Below are positions 48,303 to 59,191 of a DNA stretch of 64,000 nt, piece after piece. Each line of letters starts with the position of its first letter. The stretch's first letter is position 1. A program made the position numbers and the translations under genes. The notes under the pieces are model-generated. The model saw only the letters and a program-made list of their open reading frames with translations, was not told where the DNA came from and did no database searches. Origin of the DNA: Hydrurus foetidus (taxonomy: Eukaryota); contig UYFQ01000417.1 of the NCBI GenBank assembly GCA_900617105.1, forward strand, positions 1 through 64,000, in the 5' to 3' direction.

Positions 48303-50880
48303 ATGGATCTTAGACGTGAGAGGAAATCAAAGTCACGTGCTTCCGATGTTGACGAAGAGGATGATGATCGTGACTATTTCACAGTATCGCACCAGTCAAC
48401 GAAGAAAAAGCAAAGCAAAGCTAAGAAAGCGTACGTCAAACTGTATCTTACGCGAGAAGCAGAGTTTCACCACTAATCGTATTTTCTTTGATACTTAATC
48501 CCGTCAGCAAAGTCTTGTCAGCTGCTAAAGATGCATCTCGCACACCTGCTTTAACTCAGCCACGTAGCCCTTACGAGAAGCAAGTATCGCCACTCGCCAA
48601 CAACGTGTACGTCACAAATTCCTTCGCTTCTACGAGCACACTATCAGCTTCTCCATCTTGATTCCTATCTAATGCTTGCGTTTTCTTTTCTCAGTGAGGC
48701 TTTTGCAAGTCACACTGTTGTTACAGCTGACCGTCACCGTTCGAGTCCTCCGAGACGAGATCCAGAGGAAGAAGAGGACAGATTTGAGGCGTACTTATCT
48801 GAGAGCACTAAATGTCCTTCCCCATGCGTTCTGTGAGTGTCAAGTTCATGATGTATTCATCGTTGAGCTCTCAATATTTTACTAAAAAGCTGACCTTATT
48901 TTTCATTATCTATTATCAGGGTTGAGAAGGCTACGTCATCAGCGAAGGATAATTCTCAAAATGTAGTTACAACAAATATAGCAAATGTGAATAAGCATAC
49001 TAAAATTTATCCTGTTCCAGAGAGAGAAAAGTTTGAATTTGAGATAACAATAAAAATTTTACAAACTAGTAGATCGAACAGAAATAAGCTGACACTTTCA
49101 CGTGATGTGTTAGAAACAATAATTGGCAGAGTAACCAGTTTGGAATATTTAGAAGACAATACTAATGTAACGTCGACAGAGGAAGAAAATTGCGAAAATG
49201 GATACTACATACGTGCTATCGGTTTAATAAATGTCCTATGTTATCATGTACTAAGTATGTACGACAAAGTGAACAGCACTAACACAAGTGGAATATGGGA
49301 TGTAAGTAAAAATAACATTTAAAAATGCCTAGAATTATCTTGCTCTATTGTTAACATTTTCGAAAACACATATTGTACTCTTCCTAGATAAACATTGCAG
49401 CTGGTTTCGTTTACAGCACGAAAGAAAAAAATGGTACAAGTACATTTTTAGTTCCAGATCCAACCGACAATATTCCGCTACAATCAACTTGTTATCCCCA
49501 AGGCCGCGGGAAAGCTTCCTTGTACGGATCTCCTTACTCGGTGTGTCTTGGGTTTCCATTGAATTCCTCAAAGATGACAACGAAACTCAAAATTGAGCAA
49601 CAGAAGCTCTTCCTATCGACAGTTGCAGAAGAAAAAGAAATTATTTACGATGATGTATTTGGTTCTTCCGAGTTTTTGATTACAATGCTCAATGGTGGTG
49701 TTCGAGCCGCAAAACTAGCTTACACACGAGCGCATTTGAAAGTTATGAAAATGCAGAATAAGAATACACAGGTACTCCCATCATACAATTTAAATCAAAA
49801 CGTTTAAATCTACAAATCATTTTAATCTCACATCTTTTCCTAATTTCCCACATTCAAACAGTTTTTCTTAGTGAATGATTCAGACTATGGTAAAGCAACT
49901 GAAATTGCAGGTGGTAACATTGAGAATGATTTAAATAGAGGAATACTCGAAAATGGTGCTGCAAAAGCAGCATCAATAATGAGAAAAAAGACCGCTCTTA
50001 ATGATGTAATATATACGATGGTTACATCTAAATATTTTCAAGACAATTACAGGTACACAATCTCTAATGATGCCTGCCTATAGAGCTTTATATAATCAAT
50101 TGTATCAAACTTATTGATACTGTTACATGCTTACCAATATACAGTTTTGAAGGCTCAGTTCATAACTACTACGGAGTACGCGATGCACGTTACTTTTCGA
50201 ATGTTGCTGCTGACTTGTTTCTCGGGTCCTCTTCAGGCAACATTATTCTTGAAGGCAACCCATGGAAATGGGATGCAAACGTCTGGAATTTGAAATATAA
50301 TTTTGAGGTCAATAGTGATTTTCCTAGTAATATGACATGGGAATCCAATTTAAGAGCAGCGTCACATAATTTGTGTTTCTGTCATAGAGGGGAAAGACAA
50401 TCAAATATTATGTTAGAATCTCAAAATAACATACTAAGCTTACCTCTCAATAAGGATGACTTCTCGAAATTAAGAAATGACTTCCCTAATACACCACATC
50501 TTGTATTCATTGCTGAAGCATTAAGAAGCGTAATGAAATCATTAAAAAAACAAATATATGTGAGACATCCCCACTTCAAAGGAAGTTTGAATTATATTAA
50601 CAACGGGATATCATTCCGTTATATAATCAATCAATTAGCTAACAATACAGGGGAATTTCATGATTTGACCGTCTTACTGCTGTACTCTTTACCGTCTAAG
50701 TGCAATGATTTACTTGAGCAGATTTCAAATATCAATGATGTCATTCGCAGCATTCGCGAAAGAATGCCATTGATAAAGAGAACAATCCATTATATAAAAA
50801 TGTATGATTCTGAATTTGATGCATCACAAGAGTCTTACATTTCTTCACAAGAGTCAATCAGCAATTTTGATTCAAATTGA
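48303..50880 (+). CDS. Unknown multi-exon gene inside the Tc1-like element (possibly degraded)
   Basis: MDLRRERKSKSRASDVDEEDDDRDY... starts 21 nt past the left TIR. A chain of open segments (48987-49322, 49520-49807, 49871-50083, 50215-50880) is separated by GT...AG intron-like gaps. The stop faces the transposase stop. Confidence 0.6.
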
Positions 50881-53821
50881 TTTTCGCAGAAAATTGTGTT
50901 TTACTAAGATATTTTATCACACTGTACATAATCTTAACTCTAACTATCATCTCCCACTTGCACGGTATCTTTCCTCTGCTGTGACGTTTATATGACAGTG
51001 AACAAATAAGTTGCAAGCCACATCACCAGTAATACAATTATACAACGCATGTTCAAAGTTCTTAGATACAGGAAACTTGGGATCATCAGACGGCCACTTA
51101 CTGCGACAAAAGTCTTTGGCCCGATGGAATACAAGCTCAATAGGGTTATAGTCATAACTGTAAGGTTCGAAAAAAACAGCAATAACACCATACTCTTCAC
51201 ACAGAGTCACAATAGCTGCCTTATTATGTACAGGGGCATTATCATTGAACAGCACACTCTTCTCCTGAGGATAGGGGTTCATCAATGGGAGTATCTTTTC
51301 CTCGAGAATCTTTAAGTAAGTTTCTCCATCAATAATATCCTCATGTATCGACACCATCTCTATTCCTTTTAAAGACATAGCAGCAAGGGCTGAGCAACCA
51401 CCTGAAGAATATATGTATACGACACTCGGTTACAATAACACTTGTGGAGATACTGTTCTTATCGCTAAAATTACTTGTGTAGTTGATGTACCTCTATGTC
51501 CAAGTCTGTTGTACAGGTAGATAAAAGCTCTCACGTTCCTCGGCGATCTACCGTAGCGACGACGTATGGCTTTCTCAGTTATATGACTGGAGCAATACAT
51601 AGTATACGGAATTGTTAACACGAGCAATTAGAAATTGATCCTCTTGACTTTTACATTACCTCTCGTCAACGTAAAAACGCTGCTCAGCTGTGTAGATACT
51701 GGTGACTTGGAGAAAATACTGTCGTTTTATTTCATTTTGCTCTTTGGCGTGGACTTCTAATACTTTGCGAGTGACGTTTTTGCTTCTTAATCCCTGCCAA
51801 ATCTGACTAACTGTAAATGTTCCAAATTCAGACGTTTGCAAGAAGTCCGCCATTTCGTGCACATAAAGGGTTGGATTAACTTTCAACTTGGAGAGTAATG
51901 CGTCCAGTGCTTGAGTTGGAATCCCAATCCAGTGCTTTTTCCCTTGACCTCTGTACTTGGGATCTGATGTATTCAATATGAAATTGACCGAAGTTACTTT
52001 TTGTTTGCTGCAAAACATCGCGAGAAATTTCTCACCAATCGATTCCCCATGTTTCCGATGTCTTATAAGCCTCCAGACTGTCCGAGAAGAACATCCAAAA
52101 TGAACTGACGCTTCCATAGCATGAACCTCGTGATGGCCATGAGAGTCCATGTAATTCAGGATTAACTCACGGACTTGCTTGCAGTGTGGTCGGACCGGCT
52201 ATACCGGGCCTACGGGCCGTACCGGACCTAGTCCCGATCCATCCGATCCTACCGCCTACTGTACACATACATCTCTAGCGCAGCTGCTAGCTAGCTCTAG
52301 CCTACTCGTAGAAGTTACCCTAGCTTCTAGCTTAGACTTGTAACTAACTAACACCTCCTCTCTATCGACCTACTTCCTATCCGGACTACAATAGCGCTAT
52401 TAGTCCAATCTTTTCTCTGCTACCTCTCCTTCCATCTACTCGTCCCAACCTGTAGATAAGACTTCTGAGCACCAGCTCAACGACTTTCGAGTCGTTTTCT
52501 TCTGCAGCCATTGGCTCAGAAGACCCTAGTCTAAGTTAGAGAAAGTCAGATTACCTGCTTTCTTGGAATCCCCGTGCATTGGGCTCTTCCAAACTTGACA
52601 TTTTGGTCGAAGTTGATTTATCCTTCCCAGAAGTCATTTAAGACTTGCTCCGCTGGTCGATCGAATCACAGATTCATCACCAGAGACACAAAGTTAGTCT
52701 ATAGACTTCTTTTCGTCGACGTTGAGCAACGTCTTCTACCTTAAAGGTACTCCATATTTTCTACCACTCTAAATTTGGCTTTCACGCCATAGAACTTTTC
52801 AGTTCAAGAGTTGGTTAGAATCTCTTTATTCGTTGTTACTGACGTTACAGTACCCGTTCGTGAACGAGGCGAAGCTCTGGAAAAATTTTCCTGAGCAGGG
52901 CTAACCTCTTCACAGAGATACAGCCATTTTTCTTCGGAGAAATATCTCGAGCGAATAAACGATTTCTGCTCATCTTTTGACAAGAGATACATAGAGAATT
53001 CGCATGCGGACATCATTGTCCCTTCGGATAATGATCTCTAGTATCCTATAGAATCGTTTACACCGAGTTCTGGTTGAATTCGAGATCATCCTGCTGAGTT
53101 ATGAACTTAGCGCGACATCGTCGTTCTCGACTAATTTTTATCAGGTTTTGACCTAGAAAAGGTCAGAACCTCTAGAAAGATGCCTAACAGTCATATAAAC
53201 ATGATCTGAAGCTTCTAATCTCTCGAATCGCTCTCAGTAGAGAGATATCGACGATTAAAGAAAATATCCTCCAAGGATTACTGACCATCCTGAGTTCGGG
53301 GTTCGAGCCCCAGTAGGGGTGGGTCACCTTTTCGTACATTTGAAAATGTCGTATTTTTTTTTTTTAGTTTTCAATATGTGGGTACACATTTTGTAACAAT
53401 TTAACAACAGATTTCAAGTCTTTACAAGATTTTGAGACTGTAAACATTTCAAAAAAAAAAAAAAAAACATTTCACGCTTTCACGCTTCTTACACAGCTCT
53501 ATGCTAAGTAAATATATTGCAATGCAATATTACGCATTGATTGAAAAAGTGATCGTAAGTGAAATCAACCTCTTGCCTGCACACAACACCGGTTAGCCAT
53601 CAGAGAGGCACTGATCAATCTGTGTGGGGTACAGCGAATTCATAAAGGGTTTTATTTCATTTTACATGATATAAATTCTTAACGTTATACACCTTTGTTA
53701 ACCTGCCCGAAGGGCCATAACGGTGTGTAGCGGTCGCAAGGATCAATATAACTTGCGATTTAACAATCCTCTTTCATTCGATGGTGAATGCAATAGCATC
53801 AGCCTGCCCATAAGGGTATAC

Positions 53822-54327
53822 CGAAAAACAAATATCGACATATTATTTAGCCGAAACAACACTCAGCCGGGACAAATCCAAGGTACATCCTTGCCCAGGA
53901 CTGCGTGGCTGTCACTTTCGATAATGATGTCTTTAATCTGACTGATGATCATGTCGAAGTGCAGCCACATGTACCTATTCGAAAACGAATATCAACATAT
54001 TATTCAGCCGAGACAACACTCAGCCGGGACAAAACCAAGGTACATCCTTGCCCAGGACTGCGTGGCTGTCACTTTCGATAATGATGTCTTTAATCTGACT
54101 GATGATCATGTCGAAGTGCAGCCACATGTACCTATTCGAAAACGAATATCAACATATTATTCAGCCGAGACAACACTCAGCCGGGACAAAACCAAGGTAC
54201 ATCCTTGCCCAGGACTGCGTGGCTGTCACTTTCGATAATGATGTCTTTAATCTGACTGATAATCATGTCGAAGTGCAGCCACATGTACCTATTCGGAAGA
54301 CGGAAATTGGCATATTATTTAGCCGTG
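53822..54327. repeat. 157-bp tandem repeat (about 3 units) inside the Gypsy
   Basis: ACAACACTCAGCCGGGACAAA...GCAGCCACATGTACCTATTCG recurs with a period of 157 (e.g. 53945 and 54102). Confidence 0.92.
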
Positions 54328-54414
54328 ATACGGTAAATAAGTATGACATTTAAACGTTAACTCCATTTGCTTTCGGCATTTCTCCTGAGCTTAGCGCTGA
54401 GAATATGAGAAAGA

Positions 54415-57400
54415 GTGATGCTCGCATGCGAATTCGATAAGAAATACGCATCGGATAAACTCGACCCATTGTTTCAACACAGATATACGCGTCGTATGAT
54501 AGCGTTGGGTGCCGAACCTGATACAGCCGTAGTCGAGTCTTTTACACCTCATTACGACAAGCTGAAATATCCAGGCGGCAAACCATCCTCTGATAAGAGA
54601 GAAACATATGGATTGTACGAGTATCCAAACAAGAAGAGCATATTGCATGGTCAATCTTCTTCGAAGAGCAACGTCTCTTGTGTCCATACAATGTCGACAT
54701 GTAACGATACTCAGATGGAAATCGAGGGAGTCATGACCCAAGATCCCTGTGGTGTTGTAGGTTGTGAGCGACTGAATAGTGTCACTACTATTCTCGCAAA
54801 ACGTACGGGTGATACACCGCACCTAGGTGGCGACCAGATTCCCACCCCTACAAACACTTCTGAGGACTCTGATACCTTAGACTATGTCACTGAGCCTTTA
54901 TGGCCCAGTGGTGTCGCACTCTCAGTTGACGAGATTGACGATGGCAAGATAGATACGTTTGCCCCCTTCTTGGCGGAGAAACCTAGTCAAGATGACTTGC
55001 CCAAAGGGCCAGAGGATTTCCTCAAAGAGATTACCTTTGAAGGAGATGAAAGCTTTCAAAGGAAGCTCCGAGAGCTCTGTTCTGAATATTCAGACATCTT
55101 CAGTGATCAATTAGCTGAGAAACCAGCGTCACTTAAACCCTTTGAGATTAACATCCCACTTGAGTTGTGGGAAAAAGACGAAAACCGTACGCCGGTACGT
55201 CCCCAGTCATCAACGAAAGAGGTTGCTCTCAAAGAAAACCTTGACGAGATGCTTGCATCAGGGGTTATAGAGCGATCAGATGCCGCTTATTACAGTCATC
55301 CTGTAATAGTAACTAAGTCACCCGGTAAATTTCGAACCTGCATCGATTACCGGCCACTTAATAGGTGTCTTAAGCCGGCCTCATTCCCGTTACCAAATAT
55401 CAAACACCTCTTTGAGAGGATCGGTAATAAAAAACCGGATATTTTTGGTGTGATGGATTTAACCGCTGGTTACCATCAAGCACCGTTACACCCCGCACAC
55501 CGCATTTTTACGGCATTCATATGCTTTGCGGGGGTATTTCAGTTTACGAGACTGCCCTTTGGTCCGTGTCGAGCCCCCTCTTACTTTCAAGAGCAGATGG
55601 TAACGGCGGTCCTCTATGGCCTTATCTATCATTGTTGCGAGATGTATCTCGACGATTGTATAGTATATGGCAAGGGTGAAGCAGAGTTTCTTACTAACTT
55701 GAAAAAAGTTTTTGCAAGATTTAGACTTAAGGGTCTAAGACTCAAAGCTAAAAAATGCCGTTTCGGCCTTCCACGTATTGAATACGTTGGCAGAGTCGTT
55801 GACAAAGATGGTCTATCCATGTCAAAAGAGAAGATAGAAACAGTTTTAAACTTTTCTATACCTAAAAATTTAACCTTACTCAGGTCATTTTTGGGTTTAG
55901 CGAACTATTTTCGACAGTTTGTACCAATGCATTCCACTTTGGTTAAGCCAATGCAGGATATGATTGATCACTCTGCTCCGAGACGTTCTGCTGTAGTTTG
56001 GACTCAAAAGAGCACCAACTCATTTGTTGACACAAAGATTGCTATATCTCGTTGTCCATTAATGTACTTCATTGATGACAATAAGTTAGACATCCGCTTG
56101 TATACAGACGCATCCGACTTTGGTATCGGTGGGGTCTTATTCCAAGTTGTTGGTGCCATTTGGCAACCAATTGCTTTCATTAGCAAATCGTTGACACCCA
56201 CACAAATAAGGTGGTCTACGATACAAAAAGAGGCTTATGCCATCTTCTTTTGTTGTACACAACTCGATTATCTAATCAGAGATCGTACGTTCACTATCCA
56301 TACGGATCATTTGAACATAACATATATGAAACAAAATCCTACCTCAATGGTGGCGAGATGGTTCATTGCTATGCAAGAACTAGATTTTACCGTGGTATTC
56401 GTACCCGGTACTTCGAATGTTTTGGCAGACGCACTGTCAAGGCTTTGTCCTAATCTGACAGAAATTGCTCTGCCATTACGAACAGAAGAATTGGAATTAC
56501 TTCCTACTTCATCATCGTCTTTCACTGTATCAGCTCTGACGGTCATAGAACCAGCTTCAGACGATCAGTTAGAATACATTCAAATGTGCCACAATGCAAT
56601 TGTCGGTCACAACGGCGTAGACCGTACCCTTACTCGGTTGTTTAGTTTACAACAAGTATGGAAACACATGAAACAACATGTACGTACGTTCATACAGAAC
56701 TGTCCGTGTTGTCAAAAGTTGAGTGCAAAAGATCCTAAGATCAATGCGTCTCATTTTGCAACTTCAAATTATGCTATCTTCGATACGCTAAATGTTGACT
56801 ATATTGGTCCATTTCCTGACAAAGGTTATATCCTTGTCATCATCGATACATTCACACGATGGACAGAATTGTTCTGGTGTGCAGACGCAGATGCTAAATC
56901 AGCAGCTGACTGTTTGCTTGCGCATTTTGGTCGATTTGGATCACCAAATATGATTAGATCTGATCGAGGATCACATTTCGCAAATGAATTGATCAAAGAA
57001 TTCTTAGATCTTTGTGGAACACCACATAATCTCACCCTTGCTTACTCGAAACAAGAGAATGCAATTGTTGAAAGAGTCAACAAAGAGGTGAATAGACACT
57101 TAAGAGGTTTAGTTTTTGATAAACAAACCCTTGAGGGATATGCTAAGTCAATCCCATTCGTGCAACGTATCATTAACGGTTCAGTTAATAGACGCACAGG
57201 TGTCTGCCCCGCTCATTTATTGTTCGGGAACAAACTTGATTTGAATCGTGGTATTCTCACTCCACACTTAAGTGTCGGAACACATTCAAGATCAACGTAC
57301 ATATCAGATTTGATAAGTGTACAAGACAAAGTACTTGAAACTGCGGTTCAAACTTTGTTAAAAGCGGATGCTAAAAATGCCGCGTCAGCTGAATCAGCGA

Positions 57401-57843
57401 CTGTGTTCCCCGTGGGGTCATATGTCTTATGCCGATACACTGATCGACCTCCAACTCGATTACATACTAAGTGGCATGGCCCTTACTGTATTGTCTCCTT
57501 TAAGGGGTCCGAGTATGTTATCGCTAATCTTGTAAACCACAAGACACGAAGTGTTCACGTCAAGAATTTGAAAATATTCAATTATGACCCAGAGGTAGAT
57601 ATACCTGCTGACACTGCTCGTCGCGATTACATGGAGTTCGTGGTTGAGAAAGTTCTGGGTCACGCTGGTGACACCAAGAAACCGACTACAATGTCGTTCC
57701 ATGTTAAATGGCTCAACTACGATGACTCTCATAATACATGGGAGCCGTGGAAATCACTACGGCTCTGTGAAGCACTCCATGATTATTTACGGGATAATAA
57801 AATGAAACATTTCATTCCCAGGAACATTGAGACATCAGCCTAA
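54415..57843 (+). CDS. Gypsy pol: RT, RNase H, integrase, chromodomain
   Basis: FRTCIDYRPLN, MDLTAGYHQ, LPFG, YLDDC; YTDASDFGIG, QKEAYA, HTDH, ADALSR; H..GH..CPCC; VDYIGP, RSDRGSHF, VERVN; HGPY; chromodomain FVVEKVLGH..FHVKWLNYDDSHNTWEP. Confidence 0.96.
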   Translation: MMLACEFDKKYASDKLDPLFQHRYTRRMIALGAEPDTAVVESFTPHYDKLKYPGGKPSSDKRETYGLYEYPNKKSILHGQSSSKSNVSCVHTMSTCNDTQMEIEGVMTQDPCGVVGCERLNSVTTILAKRTGDTPHLGGDQIPTPTNTSEDSDTLDYVTEPLWPSGVALSVDEIDDGKIDTFAPFLAEKPSQDDLPKGPEDFLKEITFEGDESFQRKLRELCSEYSDIFSDQLAEKPASLKPFEINIPLELWEKDENRTPVRPQSSTKEVALKENLDEMLASGVIERSDAAYYSHPVIVTKSPGKFRTCIDYRPLNRCLKPASFPLPNIKHLFERIGNKKPDIFGVMDLTAGYHQAPLHPAHRIFTAFICFAGVFQFTRLPFGPCRAPSYFQEQMVTAVLYGLIYHCCEMYLDDCIVYGKGEAEFLTNLKKVFARFRLKGLRLKAKKCRFGLPRIEYVGRVVDKDGLSMSKEKIETVLNFSIPKNLTLLRSFLGLANYFRQFVPMHSTLVKPMQDMIDHSAPRRSAVVWTQKSTNSFVDTKIAISRCPLMYFIDDNKLDIRLYTDASDFGIGGVLFQVVGAIWQPIAFISKSLTPTQIRWSTIQKEAYAIFFCCTQLDYLIRDRTFTIHTDHLNITYMKQNPTSMVARWFIAMQELDFTVVFVPGTSNVLADALSRLCPNLTEIALPLRTEELELLPTSSSSFTVSALTVIEPASDDQLEYIQMCHNAIVGHNGVDRTLTRLFSLQQVWKHMKQHVRTFIQNCPCCQKLSAKDPKINASHFATSNYAIFDTLNVDYIGPFPDKGYILVIIDTFTRWTELFWCADADAKSAADCLLAHFGRFGSPNMIRSDRGSHFANELIKEFLDLCGTPHNLTLAYSKQENAIVERVNKEVNRHLRGLVFDKQTLEGYAKSIPFVQRIINGSVNRRTGVCPAHLLFGNKLDLNRGILTPHLSVGTHSRSTYISDLISVQDKVLETAVQTLLKADAKNAASAESATVFPVGSYVLCRYTDRPPTRLHTKWHGPYCIVSFKGSEYVIANLVNHKTRSVHVKNLKIFNYDPEVDIPADTARRDYMEFVVEKVLGHAGDTKKPTTMSFHVKWLNYDDSHNTWEPWKSLRLCEALHDYLRDNKMKHFIPRNIETSA

Positions 57844-59191
57844 GTTGCTGATCTCGAACGTATTATCTTTTGAAGATTTTTCCTAATTTTTTTCCTCTAT
57901 GAGGTTTTTATGGTTTTAGTCAGTAAAAATCTGACATAATTACGTATCGAGGTCTCGTGCGCAAGTACATGGTACTAGGCACCCACCTTATCGCCTTGAC
58001 CGACCCACCACCAAGTCTATTTGTATAGATTTTTATTTTTATACATTTCAATGTATTATTAGATTTACATATTTGTAATCTTTTTCTTTATTATTCCTTT
58101 AGTTAGTTTTAGTTGTATTAGATTTTTGTACAAAACGTGGTGGTCGCGTCATAGGTTCTTTTTCTTCAGAAAAAAGATAAGTGGGGGTGATGTGGTCGGA
58201 CCGGCTATACCGGGCCTACGGGCCGTACCGGACCTAGTCCCGATCCATCCGATCCTACCGCCTACTGTACACATACATCTCTAGCGCAGCTGCTAGCTAG
58301 CTCTAGCCTACTCGTAGAAGTTACCCTAGCTTCAAGCTTAGACTTGTAACTAACTAACACCTCCTCTCTATCGACCTACTTCCTATCCGGACTACAGCAG
58401 ATTGTCATTGACTGCATTCGATTGTAATGTGAAAAACGATGATGAGATGATAAAATTTTCAAAATTCGATATTGTCAAATCGATTTTGAAGTCAATTTTT
58501 GTCCGATTTCAGAATTGAACAGCAGCACCTTGATTGTCCTGACGTTGTCGAGGTTATCAGCTGCTCAGGAGTGAATTCTATGCTGTGTGAAAGAATGTCT
58601 ACCTTTAGGATTGTGATGTTTGAAGATTGGGTTGAGTGTGTCAATGTTGGAAAAGTACCGTTCGGGGTGTGTGTTCACTGACAGGCAGAAGTGAAACCAC
58701 AATAGTTGACTGAGTACTTTGGCCGAGCTGGCCGAGCTGGCCGAGCTGGCTGAGTTGGCCGAGCTGGCCGAGCTGGCTGAGTTGGCCGAGCTGGCCGAGC
58801 TGGCCGAGCAGGCCGAGTACTGGCCGAGTTGGCCGAGTTGGCCGAGATGGCCGAGAAAATGAAATTCAGCTCGACCAAGACCTCGGCCAGTGGCCGAGGC
58901 CGAGCTGGCCGAGCTGAACTCGGCCCGGCCACCAGCCCTATAATATATGCTAGTATACAGTAATCAACCGGTATCCACGGTTGATTTCGGTACCCTACAT
59001 TCAAACTTTCAAACTAGTGGCTGATTGATTATCCACACACACGGATTGATTCGATGTGTGAGGGTTCCATTCCACTCGGTGAGCAATAGAATACACCAGC
59101 AGCAGGATATTGTCGGAGATCTCAGTGGCGTCTCGCCGCCTCAAAGGCAACACACGCGCGTCTGGTTTCCTCACGTCTACCCGCAAACAAA

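Larger units (their letters stand above)
52185..58396 (+). mobile_element. Ty3/Gypsy chromovirus-type LTR retrotransposon, recent
   Basis: 206-bp LTRs (52185-52390, 58191-58396), TG...CA ends, one mismatch seen. 4-bp TSD GCAG. Purine tract AAGTGGGGGTGA before the 3' LTR. Confidence 0.96.
50947..58417 (-). pseudogene. Tc1/IS630-like DD34E transposase, intron-containing, split by Gypsy at about codon 7
   Basis: Removing the Gypsy and one TSD restores MQSMTICKQVRELILNYMDSHGH. HTH motif FGCSSRTVWR; NPTLYVHEM; FYVDE; FNDNAPVH-(34 aa from D to E)-PYSYDYNPIE. Confidence 0.88.
48002..58680 (-). mobile_element. Tc1/IS630-type DNA transposon with long TIRs and two convergent genes (about 4.46 kb without the Gypsy)
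   Basis: TIRs at 48002-48282 and 58409-58680, CAGTG...CACTG ends, inner part appears identical. DD34E transposase. No TA TSD visible. Confidence 0.85.
45594..58940 (-). mobile_element. hAT copy 3, internally deleted and carrying a Tc1-like element plus Gypsy
   Basis: hAT sequence at 45594 to about 47996 and about 58703-58940, with both TIRs. The 5' part of the transposase is replaced by foreign DNA. Followed by TAATATAT. Confidence 0.9.

Noticed and set aside
53290..53325. tRNA T-arm/B-box-like GGGGTTCGAGCCCC in the Gypsy leader
   Set aside because: I could not build a D-arm, anticodon arm and acceptor stem, so it is not called as a tRNA.
53935..53965. CTGATGA in the 157-bp repeat as a possible hammerhead ribozyme
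   Set aside because: It is followed by GAAG rather than GAAA, with no stem II; the third copy reads CTGATAA.
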